Assembly: GCA_963777605.1 (NCBI GenBank)
Contig: CAVZRV010000027.1
Coordinates: 288,001 to 352,000 of the forward strand
Reading direction: 5' to 3'
DNA from: an uncultured Acidobacteriota bacterium
Lineage (GTDB): Bacteria; Acidobacteriota; UBA6911; RPQK01; JAPXNP01
Length of the DNA stretch: 64,000 bases
The first letter of the stretch is position 1, and every line of letters begins with the position of its first letter. Positions 20,539 through 31,008 of this stretch are shown here, piece by piece. The notes below the pieces were generated by a model that was not told where the DNA came from, made no database searches, and worked only from the letters and a program-made list of their open reading frames with translations. A program made the translations under genes and the position numbers.

Positions 20539-21649
20539 CTACAGGGCAGCCATGACGTCCGTCATCAGACGCTTTGAACCTTCGACACCTTCCCAGGGGC
20601 CGTGCTCGTACTCAAGAGCGATCGTCCCGGTGTACTTGTGGGCGTTGAGGATTTCCACGCAGCGGGCCACGTTGTTCCAGTCCTTCTCGGGAGTCACCCA
20701 GCGATCCCAGTACTTGGCATGGATGTGGTGGTGGGTATAGGGCATCAGCACTTCCAGGCCGTGGAACAGATTGTACTCGTGCTCCCAGTTGCAGAAGTCG
20801 GGAGTGGCCTCGCAGTAAGGGTGATCTACCTCGTCAACGATGATCTTGATGTTCATCGGATTGGCACACAATCCCCAGTGGTTTTCGATGCTGATGATGA
20901 CATTCTTCTTGGCACCGTAGTCTGCCATCTCCTTGAACGACTTGATGCACTGGTTGAAGTAGACGACAATCTGGTCGTTCTTGGGATAACCGGACTTGTC
21001 GGCCTTTGCTTCCGGCATGATCCGGGTCCCGCTCACACCGGTGTTGACCCGCATGGTCTTGGCACCGAGAACGGAAGCCGCGTCGAGCCAGAGTTTCGCC
21101 ACTCGGACACCCTCCAACCGCTTCTCGTCGTCGGGATCGGCAATGTTCTGAGGCGCATTGTTCGAAACGTGGCAGCAGTCCGTGCCCGGTCTTCACCTGA
21201 GTATCGGCCAGTTTTTCAACCCACTTCTTCGACGAGGGCGTGGATGGATCCCACCGGGAGTAGGTTCGTTGTCTGGCCGTCCCGTTCGAAGGTATATTCG
21301 GCGTACTGAGAGTCATCTGACGGGTCACCGAATACGTCCGACCACAAATCCATGTGGTAGACTCCGGGATAGGTGTCCTTGGTCCACTGGGGAAAATCGA
21401 GCATCGTGATGACGCCGTACTTGTCCCGCATCGCCTTGACCTCGGGATTGTCGGCCCGATCTCTTCGGCTTTTGAACATGAACCGGGGGGCCAACAACTT
21501 GAAGCAATTCTCGCCAGCTTCTCTTTCTCCGTCAGCGCTCGATTGGTGGATGCGGCAGCCTGGCCGACCAGCGTTGCAGCGGCGACCCCGGCCCCGGCTA
21601 CCTTGAGAAAATCACGGCGACCTGAACTGGACTTCGATTCCGAACTCAT
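20539..21649 (-). CDS. Tat-exported sugar phosphate isomerase/epimerase (xylose-isomerase-like TIM barrel), frameshifted
   Basis: SGRRDFLK; MRVNTG, IENHWG, PDFCN, HIHAK, YTGTIALEYE; pieces in ORFs 20834, 21216 and 20539. Confidence 0.75.
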
Positions 21650-21834
21650 AGTTTCTCCTTAGCCCTCCCGTCTCCTCGCGGAGGAAACAGTTTGGATGAT
21701 AATGTGATGAATGATCTGAGCGACCCGACTGACCTGCCCGCGTCTCGGGGTCGGACTCACAACTTCCCAAGCTCCAACCTCATGTTAAGCGCAGTCAGCA
21801 TTCCAGGCAAGCACCAGCGCCCGTTCCGCAGTAG

Positions 21835-23841
21835 TCACGGGCGGGCCTTTCCCGCCGGTTCAGCCGCTGTAATAACCAACTGCCAGGCACCTGACAAATC
21901 GGCCGACGCCGCCACCAGCCGAACCCGATAAAGACGGTTGCCCCAACTGTGGGTCATCCGGTCGTCGGTGATCTCGATGGGGTCGACCGCTACCTTGAAA
22001 TTATCCCCACTGACCTGGATCTGGAATGACCTGGCAGACGAAGGGTCCTCCAGCACAACGAGTCCGCTTCCCCGACTGCTCGGATTCATCGGCGTCAGCA
22101 GGTTCAGCGAGGACGGACCCCGGTACTCGGAGATTTGAAAACTGTCGCGAACCGTAACGTTGTCGCCCCGGTTCAAAACAATCTCCCGATTCCAGCCCTG
22201 GACAGCCGCCTGCTCGGGATAGGCAGCCGCAAGGTCCATGTGCAGCTCGGCACGTCCCGGACTGGCGGAATAAGCAATCTGCCGAGCCTCGAACTCCCGT
22301 CCCGGACTCTGCATCACGCCGTTGATGGTCGGCAGATTGTGATACGCCGACTGGTTGTTCCAGAGTTCGTAGCGACGACTGCTGAACGTCTGGGCGGTGT
22401 AGGTCTGGGCTCCCGCGTCAATCAGAACCGGCTTCCCGTCGTAAAAGACGATGAAGTTCCCGACGTCGTTGTGGTTGTGGCTCTCCCCGTTGTGTCCCGC
22501 CTTGGCGGCAAGGTAGAACCCTCCCCGGCTTCCCTCGGATGAGCGGGCCGTCATCACCTCGATGTCCCCGAGCCAGACGTCCTGGACGAGGGGCTCCACA
22601 GGCTTCGTCTGAAGGAGATCCTGGAGGCAGAAAAGGGCCGGCAGCACCCGGTTCAGCACGCCGAAGTTGCCCTCCACCGCCTCAGTCCCAAGCTTTTCCA
22701 GATCAGCCACATAGGCGGCATAAGCTGTCATCGTGGGGTCCTCGATTGCCCGTCCGAAGCGGAACACCAGCGGAGCCTCGGGGCGCATGCGGGCCGAAGC
22801 ATCCGCAAAGTCGATGAAATAAGGATCGCTGATGTAGGCCCGGTAGATGTACTGCCCGATCCGCCGGATCAGGGGCTGGTCGAAGACGTCGATCTTTCCG
22901 CCGGAAGCGCTGTGGAGCAGTTCGAGGCAATCGTACAGAGAACCACCGGCACGTCCCCAGTAGCTCGGCCCCTCGTCACACCCACCGTCGGCCGGGTACG
23001 GAGCGATGAAGTTGTCGATGCTGTCCATCGCCTTGTGGACCAGCCGAATTCTTCTGACCGGGTCGGCCTCGAGCAGGAGCGCACAGGCCAGGATATTTGA
23101 GTTGATCCAGGGGTTCCAGTTGTTGACCGGCCGAACCGAATCGGGGTGCGCTCTCCATTCGTAGCCCATCCAGCCCATGTCGTAGCGGTCGAGGTAAGGA
23201 CCAAGTAGCCGCCTGCGCGTCTCCAAAACGATTCGATCGGATATGAGAGGACTGACGGCATCGAGTTGAGGTTTCAGAAGATAGTGCGTCCAGGCCAGGA
23301 GCGCTCCGGTTTCGGCCGCGAAGAGATCAACCACGGGGTCGGTCGTATCCGGAAGCCCCGAACCTAGGCGCTGCACACCTACGTGGGCGGGAACACCCCA
23401 GAAAGACTCCTCGCAGATTATCCAGATCCCATTGACGATCTCGTCCATGAATCGGCCTTTCCGCTCCAGGACTTCGGCAAGCACCAGGTCGGCCAGCCGA
23501 GTCCGGCGGCCGAACGAAAGGTCTTCATACCGGGACCGGTTGCCGTTTCGGACGAAATCGAGGAAAACCGTTGCGGGCAGTGGCGCCCAGTTTCCCGAAA
23601 GAGCTTCTTCTCCCCGCCGTATCTGGGCCTCCCGTACGGCCCGTGGAATCGCCGCAAAACCACCTGGCTCGGACCAGGTCGGGAAGGGTTTCCACTGGTC
23701 CCGGTCGAGGATAGTGTCGCTGAGCGTCCCTTGCGGCCAGGTCGTTGCGAGGAGCTTCCGGTCGGACTGACCTGCCCCGTTCGCCATTGCGGAAACCGCA
23801 CCTGTCAGCAAGAGAACCACGAGAACCTGCGGAAATTTCAT
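21835..23841 (-). CDS. Heparinase II/III-family polysaccharide lyase
   Basis: NNWNPWINSN, DGGCDEGPSYW, HNGESHNHNDVGNF, QSAYHNLP; signal peptide. Confidence 0.85.
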   Translation of the reverse strand: MKFPQVLVVLLLTGAVSAMANGAGQSDRKLLATTWPQGTLSDTILDRDQWKPFPTWSEPGGFAAIPRAVREAQIRRGEEALSGNWAPLPATVFLDFVRNGNRSRYEDLSFGRRTRLADLVLAEVLERKGRFMDEIVNGIWIICEESFWGVPAHVGVQRLGSGLPDTTDPVVDLFAAETGALLAWTHYLLKPQLDAVSPLISDRIVLETRRRLLGPYLDRYDMGWMGYEWRAHPDSVRPVNNWNPWINSNILACALLLEADPVRRIRLVHKAMDSIDNFIAPYPADGGCDEGPSYWGRAGGSLYDCLELLHSASGGKIDVFDQPLIRRIGQYIYRAYISDPYFIDFADASARMRPEAPLVFRFGRAIEDPTMTAYAAYVADLEKLGTEAVEGNFGVLNRVLPALFCLQDLLQTKPVEPLVQDVWLGDIEVMTARSSEGSRGGFYLAAKAGHNGESHNHNDVGNFIVFYDGKPVLIDAGAQTYTAQTFSSRRYELWNNQSAYHNLPTINGVMQSPGREFEARQIAYSASPGRAELHMDLAAAYPEQAAVQGWNREIVLNRGDNVTVRDSFQISEYRGPSSLNLLTPMNPSSRGSGLVVLEDPSSARSFQIQVSGDNFKVAVDPIEITDDRMTHSWGNRLYRVRLVAASADLSGAWQLVITAAEPAGKARP

Positions 23842-23918
23842 CGGCATCCTTCCAGAAACGGGCACGCAGTGATGAGCCGCGTGCCCATGTCTTCAGACTG
23901 CGAGCCTGTCTGCAGGCC

Positions 23919-25397
23919 TCAGTGCTGCTCTTCGGGAGGCTTTCCACCGTACCAGGGTCCTTCCAACTTCTGGTAGGGGGGATTGGTCAGCAGGCTGCCC
24001 TCTTCGCCGGCCTTCCAGCCGGGGATGTGCTTCGGCTCGGCCCGAGTGTGAGACATCCGCTCCCACTTCTTGGACCAGCTGGAGTCGCCGTCCGAAATCT
24101 GCATGGCTTCCGGATCGAAGTGGAAGACCTTCCCTTCCCGGTAACTGCGCGCGCCAAGATTCACCAGAGTGATGGCCGCCGCTCCCAGATCGGGCGGATT
24201 ATTACAGGCCTTGGGGTCGCCGGCCCAGATGGCGTCGAGCCAATTCTTGAAATGAGCCAGGGTGGTGTTCTTCACCTCGGGCTCCACCTCAATTCGCTGC
24301 GTCTCCTCGGACTGACCGGTGATGCTCTCGGGTTCGGGAATAAAGTCGAATCCGGTAAATTCTTCGCCGTTTCCAAAAACGAACGCTCCGTAATGGCCCC
24401 GGATCAACTGCCGGATCGGCGTGTTCTGGGAACACATGGTGGCGGTGACCAACCCCTGGACGCCCTCGTTGAATTCGGCCACGACGGTCGCTACATCCGG
24501 CACGCCTCGTCCGTCGTACTCGAGATAAATCCCTCCCGAGCCGACGACCCGGGCCGGAAACCTCAACCCGGTCGCCTTCAACATCGAGGTGGTTCGATGG
24601 ACGAACAGGTCCGTGTACATTCCGGCACCGAACGGCCAGAACCTTCGCCACTGGATATAGACGGCCCGGTCGAATGGCATCTCGGGTGCGAGCCCTTCCT
24701 CCCTACCGAGCCACATATCCCAGTTGATGTTGGCCGGATTCATTTCCTGGGTCAGCTTGTAGTAGCGCCACTGCCCGATGGCGGAATTGCGAAAGAACTC
24801 GGTCTGGTACATGAGAACCTTGCCCAACTGGCCGCTCTGCATCAAATCGCGAGCGCGGTTCCAAACCGGTAGACTCGTAGACTGGACGCCGACCTGCATC
24901 ACACGCCCGGTTCGGTTCCAGGCGTCCATGACGTCGATCGCTTCCTGAACCGTTTTGGTCATGGGCTTTTCACAGTAGACGTCCATCCCCTGGTGGAGGG
25001 CTTCCAGAGTCTGGGTCGAGTGCCAGTGATCCGGAGTCGCAACGGTCACTGCATCCAGATTCTCCCGGGCAAACATCTCCCGGTAGTCTTCATATTGCGT
25101 GGGAGCGTTACCCACAGTCTCCTTGATGTAATCGGCGGCGCGCTGACGGTGCTCGCTGTAGACATCACAAACTGCGGCCAGCTCAATATTGGCCCCACCC
25201 TTTTGCAGTTCGCACAACGCCCGGACGTGACTCATTCCCCGGCCGCCGGGGCCGACGAACCCGATCCGCAATTTCTGCGAAGCCCCCTGGGCTCGCAGGA
25301 CAGCCGCCGAACCGACGCCAACAACGGTCTTGGCTGCCAGCGCCGAAGCTCCCGACTGTTTGAGAAATGTCCGTCTCGATACCTCTTCAGACTTCAT
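23919..25397 (-). CDS. Tat-exported Gfo/Idh/MocA oxidoreductase
   Basis: SRRTFLK; GPGGRG, ATPDHWH, YCEKPM, QVGVQ. Confidence 0.92.
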   Translation of the reverse strand: MKSEEVSRRTFLKQSGASALAAKTVVGVGSAAVLRAQGASQKLRIGFVGPGGRGMSHVRALCELQKGGANIELAAVCDVYSEHRQRAADYIKETVGNAPTQYEDYREMFARENLDAVTVATPDHWHSTQTLEALHQGMDVYCEKPMTKTVQEAIDVMDAWNRTGRVMQVGVQSTSLPVWNRARDLMQSGQLGKVLMYQTEFFRNSAIGQWRYYKLTQEMNPANINWDMWLGREEGLAPEMPFDRAVYIQWRRFWPFGAGMYTDLFVHRTTSMLKATGLRFPARVVGSGGIYLEYDGRGVPDVATVVAEFNEGVQGLVTATMCSQNTPIRQLIRGHYGAFVFGNGEEFTGFDFIPEPESITGQSEETQRIEVEPEVKNTTLAHFKNWLDAIWAGDPKACNNPPDLGAAAITLVNLGARSYREGKVFHFDPEAMQISDGDSSWSKKWERMSHTRAEPKHIPGWKAGEEGSLLTNPPYQKLEGPWYGGKPPEEQH

Positions 25398-25482
25398 TCG
25401 TTCGATCCTCCTAACTCATGCTCTCGATTCACAACAAGACTCCCGCAACCCGGCAGCCAACTGAAACTGCGTCAAATTCCAT

Positions 25483-26922
25483 CTAACGCCTGCGTCGCAA
25501 GCGAAGTGCTATTTCACCCGGATAAGCGTCCGGCGACAACGTGACCGCCAAACCGGATGCCTGAAAGTTTAACGTTTCCGACCAGTCTCCGGTTACTGGA
25601 TTAAGCCACTCGGCCCTGTACTCCCCGGCTGGAAGATCCAGAGTCAACACAGGTCTTTCTCCTCCGCGGAGGTAAATCGCGTACTGGCGCCCCTCCTCGG
25701 CGAGGGCCTGGGCCCGCCCCTTCTCCGGAACCCCACTGTGGATCAACGTGTTGGTCGGTACCATCCGGACAAAGTCGAAACTTTCGATAAAGTTCTTCAG
25801 CGTTCCCAACTGCTTGCGCAGTGCAGAGCTCCCGGCCCCAGGCTGACTGTCCGGATATCGAAAAGTACCGTCCTCCTGCCCGGCTACGAACGAATAGTCC
25901 AGGTTGTTGAAGAGCCCTCCGCCAGCCAGTATGAACTCCCAGGCCTCCCGCCGATAGTACTCGTCGGCGGTCCCGTGAAAGCCAGTTTCATTCTCACCCA
26001 CGACACGGTCCAGTGAATAGTTCAGAGGGACGACCAGCGGCGGGTTGGAGTAATGGAAATTGAGGATAGAAACCAGCGGATCTTCCTTCCAAACTTTCCC
26101 GGCACCCCTGGCCACATCTTCGAGCCCCGCGTTGGCCACGTTCCGAGAGATCAGGTGCTGCCGGACCAGCCCGGCCTCACCCTCCCGAATCTCCCGGGCG
26201 ATGGCATACTGCCATTCGAGGGTGACGCCTCCGAAATAGGGCTCGTTACAGATCTCGTAATACAGGTTGTCGAACGGGGCAAGCTCCTGGACGATCTTCC
26301 GGACAAGCTTCTTCTGTATCTCCAGCAGTGGGCCGCTTCGGTCGAGGGTGTAGACATCCGTCCGCGCGGCGGCACCGATCCCGTTGACGTTGTTGCGTTC
26401 GTTCATCGGGCTGAGGTTCCACTGCTCCTCACCGTAGAAAGGACAGAAGAGATTCAGCTCCACGACAACTCTCCGCTTCGATGCCTCCGCCATCAAGTCA
26501 CGGAGCCGGTCAAAATAGGCCGCGCTGAAGCGGTTGAGATCGAACTTGTTTCCCCCTCCGGCATATCCCGGGGTCCCCGAGCGCTCCCACGGAGCCAGAA
26601 ACCGTCCCGGAGCGGGAGCCAGAGTATTCCTCGCAATCTTGAATGCCCCTTGGGGTTCGACATAGGAGCCGCTGAATACCCGGGTCAGGTTGAGGCCGTC
26701 ACGAGACAGCGTCTCCAGGTATTTCCGGTAGTCAAAATCAAGGTTGATGAGGGCTCCGTAGTGTTCCCCGGATGTGATCAGCACAGTCGGCCTCCCCTGA
26801 AATCGGAAATAGTGAGGATTGTCCGGGTGAAGTGTAAGAAGATCGGAAACCGGGCTGAATCCGGTGCTTGCGGCGAAAACCGACACGATCAAAAGCGGCC
26901 ACAGGGAAAGTCTCCCACTCAT
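25483..26922 (-). CDS. Secreted clan-A (GH5-like) glycoside hydrolase with C-terminal beta module
   Basis: HPDNPHYF, YYEICNEP (acid/base), FHY, NETG (nucleophile), EWLNPVTG. Confidence 0.7.
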   Translation of the reverse strand: MSGRLSLWPLLIVSVFAASTGFSPVSDLLTLHPDNPHYFRFQGRPTVLITSGEHYGALINLDFDYRKYLETLSRDGLNLTRVFSGSYVEPQGAFKIARNTLAPAPGRFLAPWERSGTPGYAGGGNKFDLNRFSAAYFDRLRDLMAEASKRRVVVELNLFCPFYGEEQWNLSPMNERNNVNGIGAAARTDVYTLDRSGPLLEIQKKLVRKIVQELAPFDNLYYEICNEPYFGGVTLEWQYAIAREIREGEAGLVRQHLISRNVANAGLEDVARGAGKVWKEDPLVSILNFHYSNPPLVVPLNYSLDRVVGENETGFHGTADEYYRREAWEFILAGGGLFNNLDYSFVAGQEDGTFRYPDSQPGAGSSALRKQLGTLKNFIESFDFVRMVPTNTLIHSGVPEKGRAQALAEEGRQYAIYLRGGERPVLTLDLPAGEYRAEWLNPVTGDWSETLNFQASGLAVTLSPDAYPGEIALRLRRRR

Positions 26923-27128
26923 TCAACGTCCTCCTGGTTTGTTGAAGCCTCTTCAGGTTCCACTATGTTCCCACTTCCGCCGGAGGTTGCAAAGTCGGCG
27001 TCAATCGAAGAGAATTCGCCTCACACCTTCCAGGATGGCGGACAGATGAGGGTCTTGATTCAACGCTTGAGTCGTGGCAGAAAGAGACCTGGGAAAACGA
27101 CTCGGAAGGCTCATGTCCAAGGGTCGTC

Positions 27129-29414
27129 ATGACGATTCAACCGGGGCTTACAATATCTCACTATCGCGTGCTCGAGCCGATTGGGGCGGGCGGGATGGGA
27201 GTCATCTACAAAGCGGAAGATTTGCACCTCGAGAGAGTCGTCGCACTCAAGTTCCTCCCGCCGGGAGTCGGTGCAGACACCGCGGAAGGAACCCGCCTGA
27301 TCCAGGAGGCAAAAGCCGCTTCCGCCCTGGACCACCCCAACATCTGCACGATCTTCGGTGTCGACCAGTCGGACGAAGGCGGCATGTTCATCGTGATGGC
27401 GTACTACCCGGGTGAGACCCTTCGCCAGCGGGTAATCCGGGGTTCTCTTTCCCTGCAGGACGCTGCCGGACTGACAATCCAGCTCTGTGAGGGACTTGCC
27501 AAGGCCCATTCCCGGGGGATCATTCACCGCGATATTAAGCCCGAGAACCTCATCCTCACCGATGATGGGATCCTGAAGATCCTGGACTTCGGCATTTCCA
27601 GGTTTACGGGAGGCCCCGGCCTGACCCGCCCGGGAACGATCCTCGGCACGCCGTCCTATATGTCTCCGGAACAGGTAAAGGGAGAGCAGGTCGATCACCA
27701 GAGTGACATTTGGGCAACCGGAATTCTGCTCTTCCACATGTTGACGGCGCAACACCCCTTCTCGGGCGAAAACGAACTTTCGCTAATGTATGCGATCGTC
27801 AACAACCCGCCACGCCCGATCCTGCACTACCGTCCAAACCTGCCTGCCCAGGTCGCATCCATCCTCGATCGGGCCTTGGCAAAAGAACGGGAGAGTCGCT
27901 ACCAGGCTATTTCTGAAATGGCGACGGACCTGCGCGGACTGCTTCAGGGCCCTACCACAACCGGGGCGTTCTCGATCCAGGCCCCGGCCGTACCCTCTCC
28001 TCCGTCCGGAAAATGCTCCATTGCCGTACTTCCCTTTCGAGACCTGAGCCCGCAGCGAGACCAGGACTACCTGTGTGAGGGCATCGCGGAAGCAATCATC
28101 AACCGGTTGGGCCGACTCCCCGAACTCCGGGTCATCTCGCCGAGCTCGGTTTTTCGCTTCCAGGACAGCGGGCGCGGGTTGGGCGAACTGGCAACGACCC
28201 TGGACGTGCTCAATTCGCTCGACGGCAGTATCCAGACCAGCGGTGACCAACTGCGGGTGACAGTCCGGTTGACCGACCTCGCTGACAGTACGTTGATCTG
28301 GAGCGACCAGTTCAGCGGGACCCTCCGGGATGTCTTCGAGTTTCAGGACCGGATTTCGAAGCGTGTCGTGGAAGCACTCGGCTCAACGCCAACCGTGGTT
28401 TCCTCCCTGCGATCGAAACCACCCGTTACCGGCCCCAGTTTCCCAGCCTATCAACACTACCTCGAGGGACGCCATCACTGGAACCGGAGGACCGTGGCCG
28501 GAGTCAAGAGAAGCATCCAGAGCTTCACCGAGGCAATCGACCTGGACAGCCGCTTCGGTCTGGCATTTGCAGGTCTTGCTGACGCCTACACCGTGTTGGG
28601 GATGTACGGCGCGTTTCCTCCGAAAGAGGTCATGCCACGCGCCAAAGACGCCGCTCAACGAGCGCTCGAGACCGACGGTTCCCTGGCTGAGGCACACGTT
28701 TCGCTCGGGTGTGTCCAGGCCGTGTTCGACTGGGACTGGGACGAGGCCGAGAGCTCGTTCCAGAAGGCGCTGAAGTTAAACCCCAATTACGCAACCGCTC
28801 ATCACTGGTACGCCGTCAATCTGCTCACGCCTCTGGGGCGTTTCGAGGAGGCTGTTCGGGAAATGGAGTCCGCGCTGCACCTCGACCCGATCTCCCCGGC
28901 CATCGTCACTTCGACCGGGCTCCCTCATTACTTTGCGGGGAATCTGGTTCGGGCCGAAGAGTGCTATCGAAAGGCGCTCGACCTGGATCCGAATTTTCCC
29001 ATGGCTCATTTCTTTCTGGCCCAGGTGAAGGCGGCCCAGTCCCAGTTCGACGCCTCCCTCGAGGAATTTCGCAAGGCACTGGATCTCTTTGGGAAGAGTT
29101 CCAACATGCTGGCGCAGTTCGCTTCAACTGCCGCCATGGGCGGAATGACTGCGGTAGCGGACGAAGCTGCCGGAGCTCTGCAACAGCCCGGACTGGGGTA
29201 TGTTTCACCCTATGATCTGGCTTGTGTCGCGAGCGGTCAGGGGGATACCAGCAGGGCATTGAGCCACCTTGAAATGGCAGTAGAGGAGAAATCTTATCTC
29301 CTCGTGTATCTTGAACACGACCCGATTCTGGCGGGAATCCGACAGCATTCCAGGTTTCTGGAAATTTCACGACTGATCTTCGGTTCCACCCGGTCGGCTA
29401 CAGTGAACAAGTGA
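27129..29414 (+). CDS. Hanks-type Ser/Thr kinase with TolB_N-like and TPR domains (no TM seen)
   Basis: GAGGMG, VALK, HRDIKPEN, DFG, GTPSYMSPE; SIAVLPFRDLS; TPR repeats. Confidence 0.93.
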   Translation: MTIQPGLTISHYRVLEPIGAGGMGVIYKAEDLHLERVVALKFLPPGVGADTAEGTRLIQEAKAASALDHPNICTIFGVDQSDEGGMFIVMAYYPGETLRQRVIRGSLSLQDAAGLTIQLCEGLAKAHSRGIIHRDIKPENLILTDDGILKILDFGISRFTGGPGLTRPGTILGTPSYMSPEQVKGEQVDHQSDIWATGILLFHMLTAQHPFSGENELSLMYAIVNNPPRPILHYRPNLPAQVASILDRALAKERESRYQAISEMATDLRGLLQGPTTTGAFSIQAPAVPSPPSGKCSIAVLPFRDLSPQRDQDYLCEGIAEAIINRLGRLPELRVISPSSVFRFQDSGRGLGELATTLDVLNSLDGSIQTSGDQLRVTVRLTDLADSTLIWSDQFSGTLRDVFEFQDRISKRVVEALGSTPTVVSSLRSKPPVTGPSFPAYQHYLEGRHHWNRRTVAGVKRSIQSFTEAIDLDSRFGLAFAGLADAYTVLGMYGAFPPKEVMPRAKDAAQRALETDGSLAEAHVSLGCVQAVFDWDWDEAESSFQKALKLNPNYATAHHWYAVNLLTPLGRFEEAVREMESALHLDPISPAIVTSTGLPHYFAGNLVRAEECYRKALDLDPNFPMAHFFLAQVKAAQSQFDASLEEFRKALDLFGKSSNMLAQFASTAAMGGMTAVADEAAGALQQPGLGYVSPYDLACVASGQGDTSRALSHLEMAVEEKSYLLVYLEHDPILAGIRQHSRFLEISRLIFGSTRSATVNK

Positions 29415-29489
29415 GCCCGGAACTAACGTCGGTGCCTGCTGCAGGAGAGCAGGCGAAACGAGGATTCGGGCAAGCAGGAGTTTTGTTTC

Positions 29490-30998
29490 GTGACGAAGAA
29501 TGACCGCCAAGGCAAGGCAGAGAAAGTGCTCTCCGCCGTGCATGTGTCCCTGGACATCGGGAGCGAAAACCCGATCGAATTCGAGTTCACACGCCCCTTC
29601 ACGGTAGGAAGGGACGAGTCCTGCGAAATCCAAATCCAGAACCCCGGGATCAGCCGGAAGCATGCCGAAGTCGTGTTTCAGGACGGAGTCTGGCTGCTGC
29701 GGGACCTGGAAAGTGCCAACGGCACCTACCTGGACGGGAAGCGGGTATCGGAAGTCCCGCTGGAATCTGCGGTTTCCGTTGAACTGGGATTGAGAGACGC
29801 CACCCTGACGTTTCGGGTGGAAGGAAACGTTGAGCAACGGGGTTTGACTGTTCTCGAAAAGCCTCCTTCGGTAACCCAGTACGTCGAACGCTACTTCAGC
29901 AACCATACCCTCCACTCTGCCGGAGAACACACGCGGATGGTCCGGGAGGCATTTCGTGTCGTCGACAAGCGCAAGAAACGCCACTTCGCGGTCATCGTGA
30001 TAGCCATCCTTATCTGCACGATCGCGATTGCAGCCTACAGCTACTGGCAACACCGCGAACTGGAGCGGAGGACCCAGTTGGCCGAGGAGATCTTCTACAA
30101 CATGAAGTCTCTGGAGTTGGAGATCTCGCGACTGCGGGCCCGGTTGACGGACCAGGGCGACCCGGACAGCCTGACGGACATCCAGCGACAGCGCCAGCAA
30201 CTGCGGGACCTGACGCGAAACTACGAGCGATTCCTCGAGGAAATCGAATTCTACGAATCCAGGGACTGGAGCGAGTCCGACTTGATCATCCTGCGCGTCG
30301 CCCGGATTCTCGGCGAGTGCGAACTGGGGATGCCCGATGAGTTCCGGGACAAGGTCTACGAGTACATCAACGAGTGGAAGAAGTCCCGCCGGCTCGAACA
30401 GTCGATGCGCCGTGCCGCCGCTGCCGGGATGGGGAAGACCGTCGTCGATGCCATGTTGGAATACGACCTCCCTCCCCAGTTCTTCTTCCTTGCCCTCCAG
30501 GAAAGCGGATTCGATGAAAAGGCCATCGGCCCGGCAACCCGCTTCGGAATTGCCAAAGGAATCTGGCAGTTCATTCCCACGACCGCCGTCCGCTACGGTC
30601 TCGAGGTCGGCCCCCTGGTCGAACTGCCCCGCTTCGATCCCCGGGACCAGCGTCACGAGGCCGTCCGCTCGACCCGGGCCGCCGCCAAGTACATTCGAGA
30701 CATTTACAACACCGAGGCCCAGGCTTCCGGGCTGCTCGTCATCGCCTCCTACAACTGGGGCGAGAACAATGTTCGCTCACTTGTCCGCAGCCTTCCTGAG
30801 AACCCCAGGGAACGAAACTTCTGGAAACTGCTCGAACAGTACGGAAACCGGATCCCGAAAGAGACCTACAACTACGTGTTCTACATCGTGTCGGCCGCGG
30901 TGATCGGCGAAAACCCCAAGCTGTTCGGATTCAACTTCGAAAATCCGTTCAAGGGCATTGACGCCCTCCAGGGTTCAATGGGGGACTTGGAACGATAA
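29490..30998 (+). CDS. FHA-TM-coiled coil-lytic transglycosylase (SLT/MltD-like) fusion
   Basis: FHA VGR, ISRKH, SANGT; TM FAVIVIAILICTIAIAAYSYW; SLT ALQESG, AKGIWQFIP, ASYNWGE, ETYNYV. Confidence 0.85.
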   Translation: MTKNDRQGKAEKVLSAVHVSLDIGSENPIEFEFTRPFTVGRDESCEIQIQNPGISRKHAEVVFQDGVWLLRDLESANGTYLDGKRVSEVPLESAVSVELGLRDATLTFRVEGNVEQRGLTVLEKPPSVTQYVERYFSNHTLHSAGEHTRMVREAFRVVDKRKKRHFAVIVIAILICTIAIAAYSYWQHRELERRTQLAEEIFYNMKSLELEISRLRARLTDQGDPDSLTDIQRQRQQLRDLTRNYERFLEEIEFYESRDWSESDLIILRVARILGECELGMPDEFRDKVYEYINEWKKSRRLEQSMRRAAAAGMGKTVVDAMLEYDLPPQFFFLALQESGFDEKAIGPATRFGIAKGIWQFIPTTAVRYGLEVGPLVELPRFDPRDQRHEAVRSTRAAAKYIRDIYNTEAQASGLLVIASYNWGENNVRSLVRSLPENPRERNFWKLLEQYGNRIPKETYNYVFYIVSAAVIGENPKLFGFNFENPFKGIDALQGSMGDLER

Positions 30999-31008
30999 GG
31001 ACCGAGTG

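Noticed and set aside
21770-21795. attC-like end (CCTCATGTTAAGC)
   Set aside because: No matching RYYYAAC inverse core or internal palindrome, and no integron integrase
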